Part shown: positions 38,082-47,744 of the stretch, piece by piece
How the letters are laid out: the number at the start of each line of letters is the position of its first letter
Position numbering within the stretch: position 1 is the stretch's first letter
DNA from: an uncultured Syntrophaceae bacterium
Lineage (GTDB): Bacteria > Desulfobacterota > Syntrophia > Syntrophales > UBA5619
DNA length: 64,000 bases
Reading direction: 5' to 3'
NCBI GenBank assembly: GCA_964637025.1
Contig: CAZWTL010000007.1
Span: 5,112 to 69,111 of the forward strand
The notes under the pieces: generated by a model
Seen by the model: the letters and a program-made list of their open reading frames with translations, nothing else
The model's database searches: none
What the model was told of the DNA's origin: nothing
Program-made: the position numbers and the translations under genes

Positions 38082-38109
38082 TTGACTTTTCGGGACAATA
38101 ACCTATAAG
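38082..38109 (+). promoter_or_regulatory. sigma-70-type promoter candidate for the HK/RR operon (near-leaderless)
   Basis: TTGACT, a 16-nt spacer, then TATAAG. The -10 ends 11 nt before the ATG at 38121, and no SD lies between them. Confidence 0.35.
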
Positions 38110-38120
38110 AATACCCCATC

Positions 38121-39923
38121 ATGAGCCCTGACAAAAAGATCATTTGGCAAGAGCAATCTCCCCGTTTCAATCGCCCGTTTTTGCAGCCGCTGGCCGTGGG
38201 CATTGTCTGCGTCGTCCTGATTGCCCTGATCCTGTCGATGGGGATCATGGATCTGCGGCGCAGCGAACAAACCCTGGTTGGTTTCATGGAGGATCAGGGC
38301 AAACGGATCATTGACATGGTCGAACGGCTCACCGAGGAGAACCTCAAAACCATGATCATGGCCTCGCAGCAGCCGCTGGCCGGAGCTGCCGCTCCGCTGG
38401 CCGAGCCGGGTCTCTACCCTCAGAAATTTCTGACGGACGCGATCGTCGACATGGGGCGGGAGATCGACAACCGGTGGAAAAGGGAGCATCTGAGCGAGTC
38501 CTATATCCGCAACTACGCGCGGGAAAATCGGCTTTATATGGTGGCGGTTGTCAATGGCTATGGGGAGGTCATTTTTCAGAGCCGGCCGCTTCCGGACAGC
38601 CGTTTGGAAGACCATGGGTCTGAAGAGACGGGGGAACGGTCGCGGACGTCCGCTGACCTGCTGAGCCGCCTCAACAGACTTAACCGTTTGAAAAAAATCG
38701 GTTTTATCGGGCTCAGCCGGAGGGACGAAAGCGGCACCATCATCCTGGCGCTGGACCGCGAAAGTCTCCGGTACTGGGGGATCCGGGTTTCCGTCGAGAA
38801 GGCGATGGAGAAGCTGGGGGAGGGACAGGGATTCGTCTATCTCGCCATCCGGGACCCGAAGGGTTCACACCTGGGCAGCGTGGGAGAGCCGCCCACGGAA
38901 GCAGAACACACCGGGTCGATTGACGAGAAGGTTCTGGCAGGCACGGTCCCGTTTGAAAGCCGCAAGGTCCAGTTCGGCGTCCAAAGTCTTTTGGAGATTG
39001 CAGCCCCGCTTCGTCTGGGGGGGGAGATCGCGGGAATCGTCCGCGTCGGCCTGGAACGGGGCAATACGGACAAGATCCTCGACGAAAACCGGCGAAATAT
39101 GTTCCTTTTCCTCTCCTTCGTGGTCCTGATCGCACTCCTGTCGATGTGGCTTCTCTACCAAAACCAGAACCGTCACCTGGCGGGGGTCGTGGAGATGACG
39201 CGTCAGCTCGAAAAGGCGGAGCGCCTCTCATCCCTGGGGCAGCTTGCCGCCGGGGTGGCGCACGAGATCCGCAATCCGCTGAACGCGGTCAGCATGGCGA
39301 GCCAACGTCTCAGAAGGGAGTACATGCCCGGAGAGAAGGAGAGGCGCGATGAATTCATGGTCCTGACCGGGGTCATTCGCGACGAGATCCGGAGGCTCAA
39401 CGGGATCATCGAGGAGTTCCTGACCTTTTCGAAGAGCCGGCGACTGGAACTCCGCGATTGTCCGGTGCAGGAGGTCCTGCAGAAGATCGTGAACCTGGTG
39501 TCCGAGGAGGCGGAGGTCAGAGGAATCCGCTTCCGCACCGACTGGGCGGTAGCGCCGGTCGTTGTCCCGATGGATATGGACAAACTGCAGCAGGCCCTGT
39601 TCAATTTCGTCAAGAACGCGATGGAGTCCATCAGCGGGGAAGGGGTCGTGACCCTTGCCGTGAGGGGTACGGAAAATGGACGCGTGAGTCTCCGCGTGAC
39701 CGATACGGGGTGCGGGATGACGACCGAAGAGGTGGAGCGGATCTTCAATCCCGAGTATACGACCAAGGAGAAGGGGCTGGGGCTCGGGCTTCCGCTTGCG
39801 CACGAGATCGTCCGCGGCCACGGGGGTGAGATCCGCGTCCTGAGCCGGAAGGGGCAGGGGACGACCTTCGAGATCCTGCTTCCCAAGGAGAGGCGCAATG
39901 ACAAGGGGGTGAAAAACGCATGA
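38121..39923 (+). CDS. sensor histidine kinase with large extracytoplasmic domain
   Basis: 600 aa. Two TM segments flank a loop of about 290 aa. H-box VAHEIRNPLNA and HATPase_c (DTGCGM, GLGLPLA). Confidence 0.85.
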   Translation: MSPDKKIIWQEQSPRFNRPFLQPLAVGIVCVVLIALILSMGIMDLRRSEQTLVGFMEDQGKRIIDMVERLTEENLKTMIMASQQPLAGAAAPLAEPGLYPQKFLTDAIVDMGREIDNRWKREHLSESYIRNYARENRLYMVAVVNGYGEVIFQSRPLPDSRLEDHGSEETGERSRTSADLLSRLNRLNRLKKIGFIGLSRRDESGTIILALDRESLRYWGIRVSVEKAMEKLGEGQGFVYLAIRDPKGSHLGSVGEPPTEAEHTGSIDEKVLAGTVPFESRKVQFGVQSLLEIAAPLRLGGEIAGIVRVGLERGNTDKILDENRRNMFLFLSFVVLIALLSMWLLYQNQNRHLAGVVEMTRQLEKAERLSSLGQLAAGVAHEIRNPLNAVSMASQRLRREYMPGEKERRDEFMVLTGVIRDEIRRLNGIIEEFLTFSKSRRLELRDCPVQEVLQKIVNLVSEEAEVRGIRFRTDWAVAPVVVPMDMDKLQQALFNFVKNAMESISGEGVVTLAVRGTENGRVSLRVTDTGCGMTTEEVERIFNPEYTTKEKGLGLGLPLAHEIVRGHGGEIRVLSRKGQGTTFEILLPKERRNDKGVKNA

Positions 39924-41287
39924 AAAAGCTGAACATCCTGGTGGTCGAGGATGGCCGGTCGCAACGGGAGATGCTCCGGGACTTCCTCCGAAAGGAGGGA
40001 CACGCCGTGGAAGAGGCCGAAAACGGCGAGAAGGCGGTGCAACTTGTCCGGGAGGGCCACTTCGATCTGCTTCTGCTCGATTACAAGATGCCCGGGATGG
40101 ACGGCATGCAGGTCCTCCAGGCTGTCAAGGGGATCAATCCCGAGATCGACGTCGTCATCATCACCGCCTACGGAACGATCGAGACGGCCGTGGATGCCAT
40201 GAAGGCCGGCGCCCTGGATTACATCACCAAACCCGTGGAGTTCGAGGAACTGCTGCTGTTGGTGGAACGGGTCGCGGAGCGTCGAACCCTCATCCGGGAG
40301 AATGAAATCCTGCGGGAACAGCTGGGAGAAAAGGGGGTGACGACCGACCGGATCATCTACAGGGGAGAGAAGATGAGATCCCTGATCAATATGGCCGGAC
40401 GGGTCGCACCGAGCCGTGCCACGGTTCTCCTCCAGGGGGAGAGCGGCACCGGAAAGGAGCTTCTTGCGCGTTTGATCCATCACCTGAGCCCCCGCTCGTC
40501 GCGGCGGGTCATCGTGGTCAACTGCGGCGCTCTCCACGAAAATTTGCTGGAGAGCGAGCTTTTCGGCCATGAAAAGGGCGCTTTCACCGGGGCGACGTCC
40601 CGACGCATCGGCCGGTTCGAGGAGGCGGACGGGGGGACCCTTTTCCTGGATGAAATCAGCGAACTCTCACCGCAGGTCCAGGTCAAGCTCCTCCGTTTCC
40701 TCCAGGAGCACGAGTTCCAGCGCCTTGGCGGAAACCAGACCCTCCGCGCCGACGTCCGGGTGATCAGCGCTACCAACCGCGACCTGGAGAAGCGGGTCAA
40801 GGAGGGGGCTTTTCGGGAAGACCTCTTCTACCGTCTCAACGTCGTGCTGCTGTCGATTCCTCCGCTACGGGAGCGGAAGGAGGATATCCCGGCGCTGATC
40901 GACCACTTCCTGAGACGGTATGGAGATGAAAACGGGAAGGAGATCCAGGGCCTCAGCAGCGAAGCGCAGGACATCCTCCTCAAGTATGACTACCCGGGCA
41001 ACGTCAGGGAGTTGGAGAACATCGTGGAACGTGCGGTCGTGATCGCCCGCGAGGAGGTCATCTCCGTCGAAGACCTGCCCTTCCGCGACGTTGCAGGGGA
41101 TACGGCGGACAGCCGGAAATCGGAGGAGGGGCTTCTCCGGGGATCGATCGAGGAACTGGAGAAGAAGCTGATCCTCGAAGCGATGGAGAAGTCGGGCGAC
41201 AATCAGAGCCGCGCTGCCGATCTTCTCGGGATCAGCGAGCGGATGCTCCGCTACAAGCTCAAGAAATACGGTCTGAAGGGATCGTGA
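39920..41287 (+). CDS. sigma-54-dependent response regulator (NtrC family)
   Basis: 455 aa with a 4-nt overlap with the HK stop. REC, Walker A GESGTGKE, GAFTGA and a C-terminal Fis-type HTH. Confidence 0.9.
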   Translation: MKKLNILVVEDGRSQREMLRDFLRKEGHAVEEAENGEKAVQLVREGHFDLLLLDYKMPGMDGMQVLQAVKGINPEIDVVIITAYGTIETAVDAMKAGALDYITKPVEFEELLLLVERVAERRTLIRENEILREQLGEKGVTTDRIIYRGEKMRSLINMAGRVAPSRATVLLQGESGTGKELLARLIHHLSPRSSRRVIVVNCGALHENLLESELFGHEKGAFTGATSRRIGRFEEADGGTLFLDEISELSPQVQVKLLRFLQEHEFQRLGGNQTLRADVRVISATNRDLEKRVKEGAFREDLFYRLNVVLLSIPPLRERKEDIPALIDHFLRRYGDENGKEIQGLSSEAQDILLKYDYPGNVRELENIVERAVVIAREEVISVEDLPFRDVAGDTADSRKSEEGLLRGSIEELEKKLILEAMEKSGDNQSRAADLLGISERMLRYKLKKYGLKGS

Positions 41288-41374
41288 GAGGGACGGCGGT
41301 CCGGAAGGTCGCCGGACCCCCTTTCCAATGATTTACGTGTCGTCCAACGCCGTTCCGTCCAGGCCGGCCGGTCT

Positions 41375-42553
41375 TCAATCCCGGGAGGGCGATTCGGCCT
41401 GGAACGCGCTGCGGCACACGCAAAGCAGGTCCTCTTGGGTCGCCCTGCGGGGATTCACCGCCAAGTTGCCGCTCTTGACCGCCTCCGCGGCGATTTTCGG
41501 GAGAAGACTCTCATCCAGTTTCAGCCCCCTGAAGGTCGACGGAAGCCCCACATCTTCCAGGAGTTCCTGAACCGCGCGGATCGAACTCAGGGCGGCTTCA
41601 CGACAGCCCATGGGCTCCGTTTTCATCCCGAGGGCCTGAGCGATCCTGGAAAACTTATCGAGATTCCCCAACATGTTGAATTTCATCACCTGGGGCAGAA
41701 GCACCGCATTGGCCACGCCGTGGGGGATGTCGTAATACCCGCAGAATGGGCCGGTGATGGCATGGAGGATGCCCAGCCGGGTATTCTTGAACGCGATCCC
41801 CGCCAGGACGCAGGCCATGCTCATCCGTTCCCTGGCCCGGATGTCCCCGCCGTTGGCCACAGCCCCGCGTAGATTTTTCCCGATGATGGTTATGGCTTCC
41901 AGCGCCATCAGTTCGGTCGGCTCCGCAGTGGCTGTGTTCGTGTACGACTCGATGGCGTGCGTCAGCGCATCCATACCCGTCGAGGCCGTGATGTGCGGCG
42001 GCATGCTTACCGTCAGCAGCGGGTCCACTACGGCCGCCACCGGAACCACGAAGGGACTCCGGATCCCGATTCTGGCCCGTTTCGAACGATCGGCGATGAC
42101 GGCGACGTCCGTGATCTCGGCGCTGGTGCCCGACGTGGTCGGAAGCGCGATCACCGGAACCGGAGGACGTTTGATCTTGTTGGTGCCGGCGTAATCTCCG
42201 CAGGAACCCCCGTTTGCCGCGACAGCCCCGATGGCCTTCGCTGTATCGATGGCGCTTCCCCCGCCAATGGCCACGATGGCGTCGAATCCCTGTACACGAA
42301 CGATTTCAGCCCCCCTGTCGACGGACTGGATGGATGAACTCTGTTCCACATCGTCGAACAGCGCCGTCTCGATCCCCTGCTTTTGAAGAGCGCCCTGAAT
42401 CGGCTCCAGCAACCCCGCCTGCTTGACCCCCTGGTCGCTGACGATGAAGGCCTTCCTGGCCCCTCTGACTGCTGCAATGGTGCCGATATTTCTGCTGGCG
42501 TGAATGCCGTAGATGATTTCCGTGGACAGGACGAAACGGTATGGATCTCTCAT
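41375..42553 (-). CDS. iron-containing alcohol dehydrogenase
   Basis: Trimmed to the ATG at 42553 (GGAAGGAGAG upstream). GGGSAIDTAK motif and metal-binding His cluster contexts. Confidence 0.85.
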   Translation of the reverse strand: MRDPYRFVLSTEIIYGIHASRNIGTIAAVRGARKAFIVSDQGVKQAGLLEPIQGALQKQGIETALFDDVEQSSSIQSVDRGAEIVRVQGFDAIVAIGGGSAIDTAKAIGAVAANGGSCGDYAGTNKIKRPPVPVIALPTTSGTSAEITDVAVIADRSKRARIGIRSPFVVPVAAVVDPLLTVSMPPHITASTGMDALTHAIESYTNTATAEPTELMALEAITIIGKNLRGAVANGGDIRARERMSMACVLAGIAFKNTRLGILHAITGPFCGYYDIPHGVANAVLLPQVMKFNMLGNLDKFSRIAQALGMKTEPMGCREAALSSIRAVQELLEDVGLPSTFRGLKLDESLLPKIAAEAVKSGNLAVNPRRATQEDLLCVCRSAFQAESPSRD

Positions 42554-42651
42554 GGGCAACTCTCCTTCCGACGCCTTTGAATCGTGTTTCAACTGACGGC
42601 TGAGAACGCTCCGGGATCGGGATGCCTCTTTCGTCGACGGGTTTCGAAGAA

Positions 42652-42695
42652 GGCTACTCGGGGGATGGGCATTGAAAATGCCTCCCCGAGTAGCC
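42652..42695 (-). terminator. strong stem-loop after tctC
   Basis: 12-bp perfect arms GGCTACTCGGGG/CCCCGAGTAGCC with an inner GGCAT/ATGCC helix. The minus strand continues TTCTTCG. Confidence 0.5.
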
Positions 42696-42705
42696 ACCCA
42701 GACCC

Positions 42706-43695
42706 CTAGAAAGCCTTCTTTGTCCCCATTTTCTTGTGATAGGCCTTGAAGAACTCGAACTGGGACGGCATGTCCTCGTTCGTCTGCGCCCGGGTCCTGA
42801 AATGGTAGTTGAGTTTGATTTTTTTCAGCACCAGGCTCTGGAAATCTTCACCCTCCGACACCTTTTTAAAGACGGCCTCGAGCTTGCTGGCAATGGCTTC
42901 GGGCAGGTCCTTCGGCGCCAAGATGAGGTGGGTGTTGGGATGGATGTCCTGGCAACCCAGCTCGCTCAGGGTCGGAACGTCCGGATGGTTCGGATCCCGC
43001 TTGTCGGTCATCCCCACGAACAGCATCCGGAACTTCCCCTGTTCCACGTAGGGGATATGGGAACCACTTCCGCAATGGAAGTCCGTATGCTTGCCCAGCA
43101 TCTGGGTGACGGACTCGGCCCCGCCTTTGTAGGGAATTTCTTTGAACTGCAGCCCCTTGCACTGGGCGAACAGCTCGATGGGGATGGCATTGTGGCTGTT
43201 GATCCCCGAAGACCCGTAGGTCATACCCGGGTGGGCCTTGGCATAGGCAATGAATTCATCGATCGTCTTGATCGGGGATTCGGCATGCACGACCAAAGCG
43301 GCCTTCCCGCTCACATACTGGCCGATGAACGTGAAATCCTTGATCGGATCGTAGGTCACTTTGATCAGATCCGGAAGCCGGTTGATGGCATCGGACGTGA
43401 CGATTCCCAAAGTGTAGCCGTCCGGTTTCTTGGTGGCAACCAGGCCCGCGCAAACGGTCGATGAACCGCCGGCCTTCGTTTCCACAACCACCGGCACCCC
43501 GAGGATCTTCTCCGCTCCCGCGGCCAGAGAACGGGCCACGAGATCCACGGTTCCGCCGGCGGCAAAACCGCAGTAAAGCGTGATCGGTTTGTTCGGATAG
43601 TCCTGAGCCGCTGCCCCCTGGGGAACACCCATGCCCAAGGTCAACGCAATCCCGACAACAAGCAAAAACCTGCATACCCTGTTTCTCGACATCAT
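42706..43695 (-). CDS. tripartite tricarboxylate transporter substrate-binding protein (TctC/Bug family)
   Basis: 329 aa. Signal peptide, then YPNKPITLYCGFAAGGTVDLVAR, which is typical of the Bug/TctC family. Confidence 0.85.
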   Translation of the reverse strand: MMSRNRVCRFLLVVGIALTLGMGVPQGAAAQDYPNKPITLYCGFAAGGTVDLVARSLAAGAEKILGVPVVVETKAGGSSTVCAGLVATKKPDGYTLGIVTSDAINRLPDLIKVTYDPIKDFTFIGQYVSGKAALVVHAESPIKTIDEFIAYAKAHPGMTYGSSGINSHNAIPIELFAQCKGLQFKEIPYKGGAESVTQMLGKHTDFHCGSGSHIPYVEQGKFRMLFVGMTDKRDPNHPDVPTLSELGCQDIHPNTHLILAPKDLPEAIASKLEAVFKKVSEGEDFQSLVLKKIKLNYHFRTRAQTNEDMPSQFEFFKAYHKKMGTKKAF

Positions 43696-44092
43696 CTTTT
43701 CCCCTCCATGGTTGATGAAAATGCGTTCTACCCCAAATTTCCACTGATGGATGCAACCTTGTCGGATGAAACGACGCCCCTATTCAGCTGATAGCGTTTC
43801 CTCCGCTTATCAGTCCTGCTTGCCGAGAAACCCCGACTCACGGATTCCCGCCATCGGACGGCCTCGGAAGGACGCCTCGCCGCAGCATGGAAATGACCCC
43901 CGGAATCCGTTCGGGAATGCGCATCACGGGTGGCTTGTCACTGCCGACCCCGAGGCTGGACGATACGGAAGCGGTTATGGATTGTCAAGGGGATTTATAG
44001 ATGGAACGCATGGATGGATTGACGGAATCTATGGCGGCATGTGTCGTTCCCTTCGCCCGTTCTCTGACAGGGATTCGGGTCACAAACGGAAA

Positions 44093-44147
44093 TCCCGTGT
44101 CGTTCCGTGCCCGGCCGTCCCTACCGGGCGGGCACGGAACGACACGG
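44093..44147 (-). terminator. 20-bp perfect inverted repeat downstream of the TRAP permease gene
   Basis: CCCGTGTCGTTCCGTGCCCG (44093-44112) pairs with CGGGCACGGAACGACACGGG (44128-44147) across a 15-nt loop. The minus strand continues ATTTCCGTTTGTG. Confidence 0.55.
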
Positions 44148-44180
44148 GCTCGTCAGCAGCATCGTTGCCGAGACGGTGCG

Positions 44181-46205
44181 TTACGCCTGTGGAACCGGGC
44201 TGACCTCGCGCTTACGGCGAAACCACTGGAGCAGGAAAACGACGACGAACAGAGCGACGCCGGTCAGGTCGGTTCGTATTCCGGGTTTGATGAGCAACAG
44301 CGCAATCAACAGAAGCAGAAGGGTTTCGTACCATCTGGTCTTGATCAAGAGGCATCTCTGAACCGCGGCGGCCAGACAGTAAACCCCGAAGGTGGCGGTC
44401 AGGATGGCGCCCAGGATGTGACCGATGGGGCCCACGAAGATCAGTTCGGGGGCATAGACGAACATGAACGGGATGATGAAGCCCGCGATACCCAGTTGGA
44501 AGGCCGCCAGACCGGTTTTCCAGGGGTCTGAAAGGGCGATGCCCGCCCCGGCGTAGGCGGCCAAGGCCACCGGGGGCGTGATGTCGGCACGGGTACCGAA
44601 ATAGAGAATGAACAAATGGGCGGCCATCGGTAAAACCCCCATCTGGACGAGGGCCGGAGCGACCAGGGCGGAGATGATGACATACTGGGCCGTCGTCGGT
44701 ACGCCCATGCCCAGGAACAGGCAGGCGATCATGGTAAAGGGCAGGGCGAGATAGAGTTTGCCCAGGGAGGCGTCGACGATCATGGAGGAAAATTTGATCC
44801 CGAGGCCGGTCATCGTGATCGAGCCGATGATGATGCCCGCCGCGGCGCAGGCCGCGGCCACTTCGACGGCGCCGGTCGACCCCTCCACCAGGCCTTCCAT
44901 GAGCAATTTGCCGTAAGCTCGAAGCGGCTCCTTCCGGACGATGCGCATGATCAGCGATGTGACGATGGTAGCCACGATGGCCCAGAAAACGGCCCGTTCC
45001 GGTGAGAAGTCCCGCGCCAGGAAGGCAATCAGCAGGACGATGGAAAAGAGGTGGTGCCAGCCCGCGGCGAAGGCTGCGCCGATCTTCGGCAGTTCGTTCC
45101 TGGGAATGCCCACGAGACCCATGGACACGGCCCGGAAGTGAACCTGCATGAACGTCGAGAAGAATGCAAGCGTCGCCGGAATCGCCGCCGCGATGCAAAC
45201 CTTGTAATAGGGCACCGAGAGGAACTCCGCCATGATGAAGGCCGCGGCGCCCATGATCGGCGGCATGATTTGCCCCATCGTGGAGGAGGAAGCTTCGACG
45301 CCGCCTGCAAAATAGGCCGGATACCCCGTTCGCTTCATCAGCGGGATGGTGAACGTGCCGGTTGTGACCGTGTTGGCGACGGAACTTCCGGAAATCATCC
45401 CGAAGAAGGTGCTGGAAACAACGGCAGCCTTTGCCGGGCCTCCCCGGGTCCATCCCGTGAGGGCGAAGGCGACGTCCGTGAAGAATTGTCCGGCCCCAGT
45501 CTTGCGGAGCAGGGCGCCGTAGAGGATGAACAACAGAATGAAATTGGCCGACACCCCGATCGGGACGCCGAAGATGCCGTCCGTTGAAAGCGACAGATAG
45601 GTGAAAAGACGCTGAATGCTGTATCCCTTGTGCGCCATGACGTCCGGGAGGTAAGGGCCCAGAAGGGCGTATCCGACGAAGACGACCGCAATCAGGGGGA
45701 CCGCCAGTCCAGCCGCGCGTCGGGCGGCTTCGATGACGATCAGCACCAGGGCGGTGCCCATGACGACATCCATCGTTTCGAAGGTGCCGGCCCGGTTGAG
45801 AATGGCCGTAGAGTTGAGAAAAATCCACAGGCATATGCCCACGGATATGGCCATGAGAACAACGTCGGGGAGGGACATGCGTTTGAGCGGCGAACGTGTC
45901 TTGGCAAACGGGTAAAGGGCGAACAGAAGAATGGACATGAACAGCCAGTGGACGGCCCGGTGGTCCAGTGCGAAGAAGGGGTGAAAGTAGGCATAGATGA
46001 GGTGATAGAGGGATGTCATGACCGCAATGGTCTTGATGATCAGCGCGGGAAGGTTGGTGTAGGTGCGCTTGCGTTCGAATTCATTGAGGACCTCTTTGGC
46101 ATGCTGTGTCGCGAGGGCCTCTTCCTGTTCCGCCGCCGCCCAGATCCCATGCGTATCGTGCTCCTCTCTTACCGGATTCTGCCGTTTCTCGTCACGCGTA
46201 TCCAT
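44181..46205 (-). CDS. TRAP transporter fused permease (TAXI-type 4TM/12TM fusion)
   Basis: Trimmed to the ATG at 46205 (GGAGAG upstream). About 675 aa and highly hydrophobic. Sits in TAXI/DUF1850 gene context. Confidence 0.85.
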   Translation of the reverse strand: MDTRDEKRQNPVREEHDTHGIWAAAEQEEALATQHAKEVLNEFERKRTYTNLPALIIKTIAVMTSLYHLIYAYFHPFFALDHRAVHWLFMSILLFALYPFAKTRSPLKRMSLPDVVLMAISVGICLWIFLNSTAILNRAGTFETMDVVMGTALVLIVIEAARRAAGLAVPLIAVVFVGYALLGPYLPDVMAHKGYSIQRLFTYLSLSTDGIFGVPIGVSANFILLFILYGALLRKTGAGQFFTDVAFALTGWTRGGPAKAAVVSSTFFGMISGSSVANTVTTGTFTIPLMKRTGYPAYFAGGVEASSSTMGQIMPPIMGAAAFIMAEFLSVPYYKVCIAAAIPATLAFFSTFMQVHFRAVSMGLVGIPRNELPKIGAAFAAGWHHLFSIVLLIAFLARDFSPERAVFWAIVATIVTSLIMRIVRKEPLRAYGKLLMEGLVEGSTGAVEVAAACAAAGIIIGSITMTGLGIKFSSMIVDASLGKLYLALPFTMIACLFLGMGVPTTAQYVIISALVAPALVQMGVLPMAAHLFILYFGTRADITPPVALAAYAGAGIALSDPWKTGLAAFQLGIAGFIIPFMFVYAPELIFVGPIGHILGAILTATFGVYCLAAAVQRCLLIKTRWYETLLLLLIALLLIKPGIRTDLTGVALFVVVFLLQWFRRKREVSPVPQA

Positions 46206-46651
46206 ATCGACTCTCCCCCCCCTGCAATCGACAACATCCTTATTCCACTCCCATGTAGGGTCAGCACGGGGTTGGCGATTTCTCCGACGCGCAACAGGAA
46301 CCTGGGGAAGATCCGCCGCATGCGAACCCGGGTCCATCTGTCGGAAAAATCGATCTGCCCCATGCCGGGGTGGGACTCCAGACCCGCCCCGTACCAGAGG
46401 TAGCTTTCTTCGATCAATACGATTTCACCTGCGCCATTGACCTCGAACAAATCCAGCACCGGCGTGTGATCCGATGAGTGTCGGTATGCGATGGTGAAAC
46501 GGTCTCCGGGTGTCACCGGGGATTGCCAGAGCACCTCCTCACCGGCCGTTCGGACGATTTGGAGGGTGAGGAACCCCCCGCCGGTGGAGATCGCCGGCAT
46601 CTGGCAAGCGATGGCCAGAAGCACCGGTAGAAACGGGATGATTCTGCGCAT
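46169..46651 (-). CDS. DUF1850-like protein associated with TAXI-TRAP systems
   Basis: 160 aa with an N-terminal signal/anchor. It lies between the TAXI receptor and fused permease genes and overlaps the permease start by 37 nt. Confidence 0.7.
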   Translation of the reverse strand: MRRIIPFLPVLLAIACQMPAISTGGGFLTLQIVRTAGEEVLWQSPVTPGDRFTIAYRHSSDHTPVLDLFEVNGAGEIVLIEESYLWYGAGLESHPGMGQIDFSDRWTRVRMRRIFPRFLLRVGEIANPVLTLHGSGIRMLSIAGGGESIWIRVTRNGRIR

Positions 46652-46775
46652 GAATGCCCCGGACTCCGCCGATTTCAGGGTTCCGACGAAAGGGCGCCGG
46701 GGCCGCTGGCAAGCCGCAGCCCCGGATACGCCGCCTATCCGTCTCCTCCGTCCGAATGAACCGGCGAGGGGTTCC

Positions 46776-47744
46776 CTATTTCAATACCCCGACTTCCCTG
46801 AAGTATTTCGCCGCCCCGGCATGCAGAGGCAGCGGACTGTTCACCGCGTTTTGAGGTGTCAATTGGGCCGCGATCGGATGCACGTTTTTCAGGGCCCACT
46901 GTCCTTCCGTCACATTGGTGAATATCGCCTTTGTGATTTTGTAGGCGACATCTTCCCCCATCTTCCGGTTGGCGATCATCACATTGGAGTCGCCCAGGCA
47001 GAGCACGTCATGGTCGACCTTGGCATAGGTCTTCCCCGGGATGATGATCTTGACGTAATAGGGATGTTTCTTGAGGATCTGATCCAGCAGCCTGGGCTCA
47101 ATGGGCACAAGCACGATGTCTCGCGTGGCGGCCAGGTCCATCACCGCGGAGCCCGGAAAGGCGAAGTTGAAAAATGTCGCATCCACGACCCCGTCTTTGA
47201 TCGCCTGAACCGATTCGGTCTGGGAAAGGTTCGCGATCTTCAGGTCCTTCTCGAGATTGAACCCCGCTTCTTCGAGAATGATCTTGGACATCGTCGAACA
47301 GCCGCTTCCCGGGACGTCGATTGAAACCCGCTTCCCCTTGAGATCGGAAATCTTCTTGATCCCGCTCTGAGCGGTTGTTACAAGATGCTGGGGAGCGGGA
47401 TACATCTGGAAAAGGGAGACGAGGTCGTACTTTTTCTCGAAAGGCGCCTTCCCCTGCGCGGCGTTGTAGGCGACGCTCCCCATGACCATTCCCATGTCCG
47501 AATCGCCATTGCCTACGAGCCGGCTGTTCTCGACAGAGGCTCCCGTGGATTCGGAGGCGCAACGGAATCCGGCCACGGTTTTCTGAATCACGACGGCCAT
47601 GCCGCCTCCGAGCGGATAGTAGGCCCCGCCGGGACTTCCCGAGGCAAGTGTCAGAAAGATCCTGTCCGCCGCGGCAGCCTGAACACCGGCTCCCAGGCAT
47701 ACCGCCAGACATGATGCCCATACGGTGATCCATGTACGCTTCAT
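46776..47744 (-). CDS. TAXI-family TRAP transporter solute receptor
   Basis: Trimmed to the ATG at 47744 (AAGGAGG upstream). Signal peptide and the LASGSPGGAYYPLGGGMA motif typical of TAXI receptors. Confidence 0.85.
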   Translation of the reverse strand: MKRTWITVWASCLAVCLGAGVQAAAADRIFLTLASGSPGGAYYPLGGGMAVVIQKTVAGFRCASESTGASVENSRLVGNGDSDMGMVMGSVAYNAAQGKAPFEKKYDLVSLFQMYPAPQHLVTTAQSGIKKISDLKGKRVSIDVPGSGCSTMSKIILEEAGFNLEKDLKIANLSQTESVQAIKDGVVDATFFNFAFPGSAVMDLAATRDIVLVPIEPRLLDQILKKHPYYVKIIIPGKTYAKVDHDVLCLGDSNVMIANRKMGEDVAYKITKAIFTNVTEGQWALKNVHPIAAQLTPQNAVNSPLPLHAGAAKYFREVGVLK

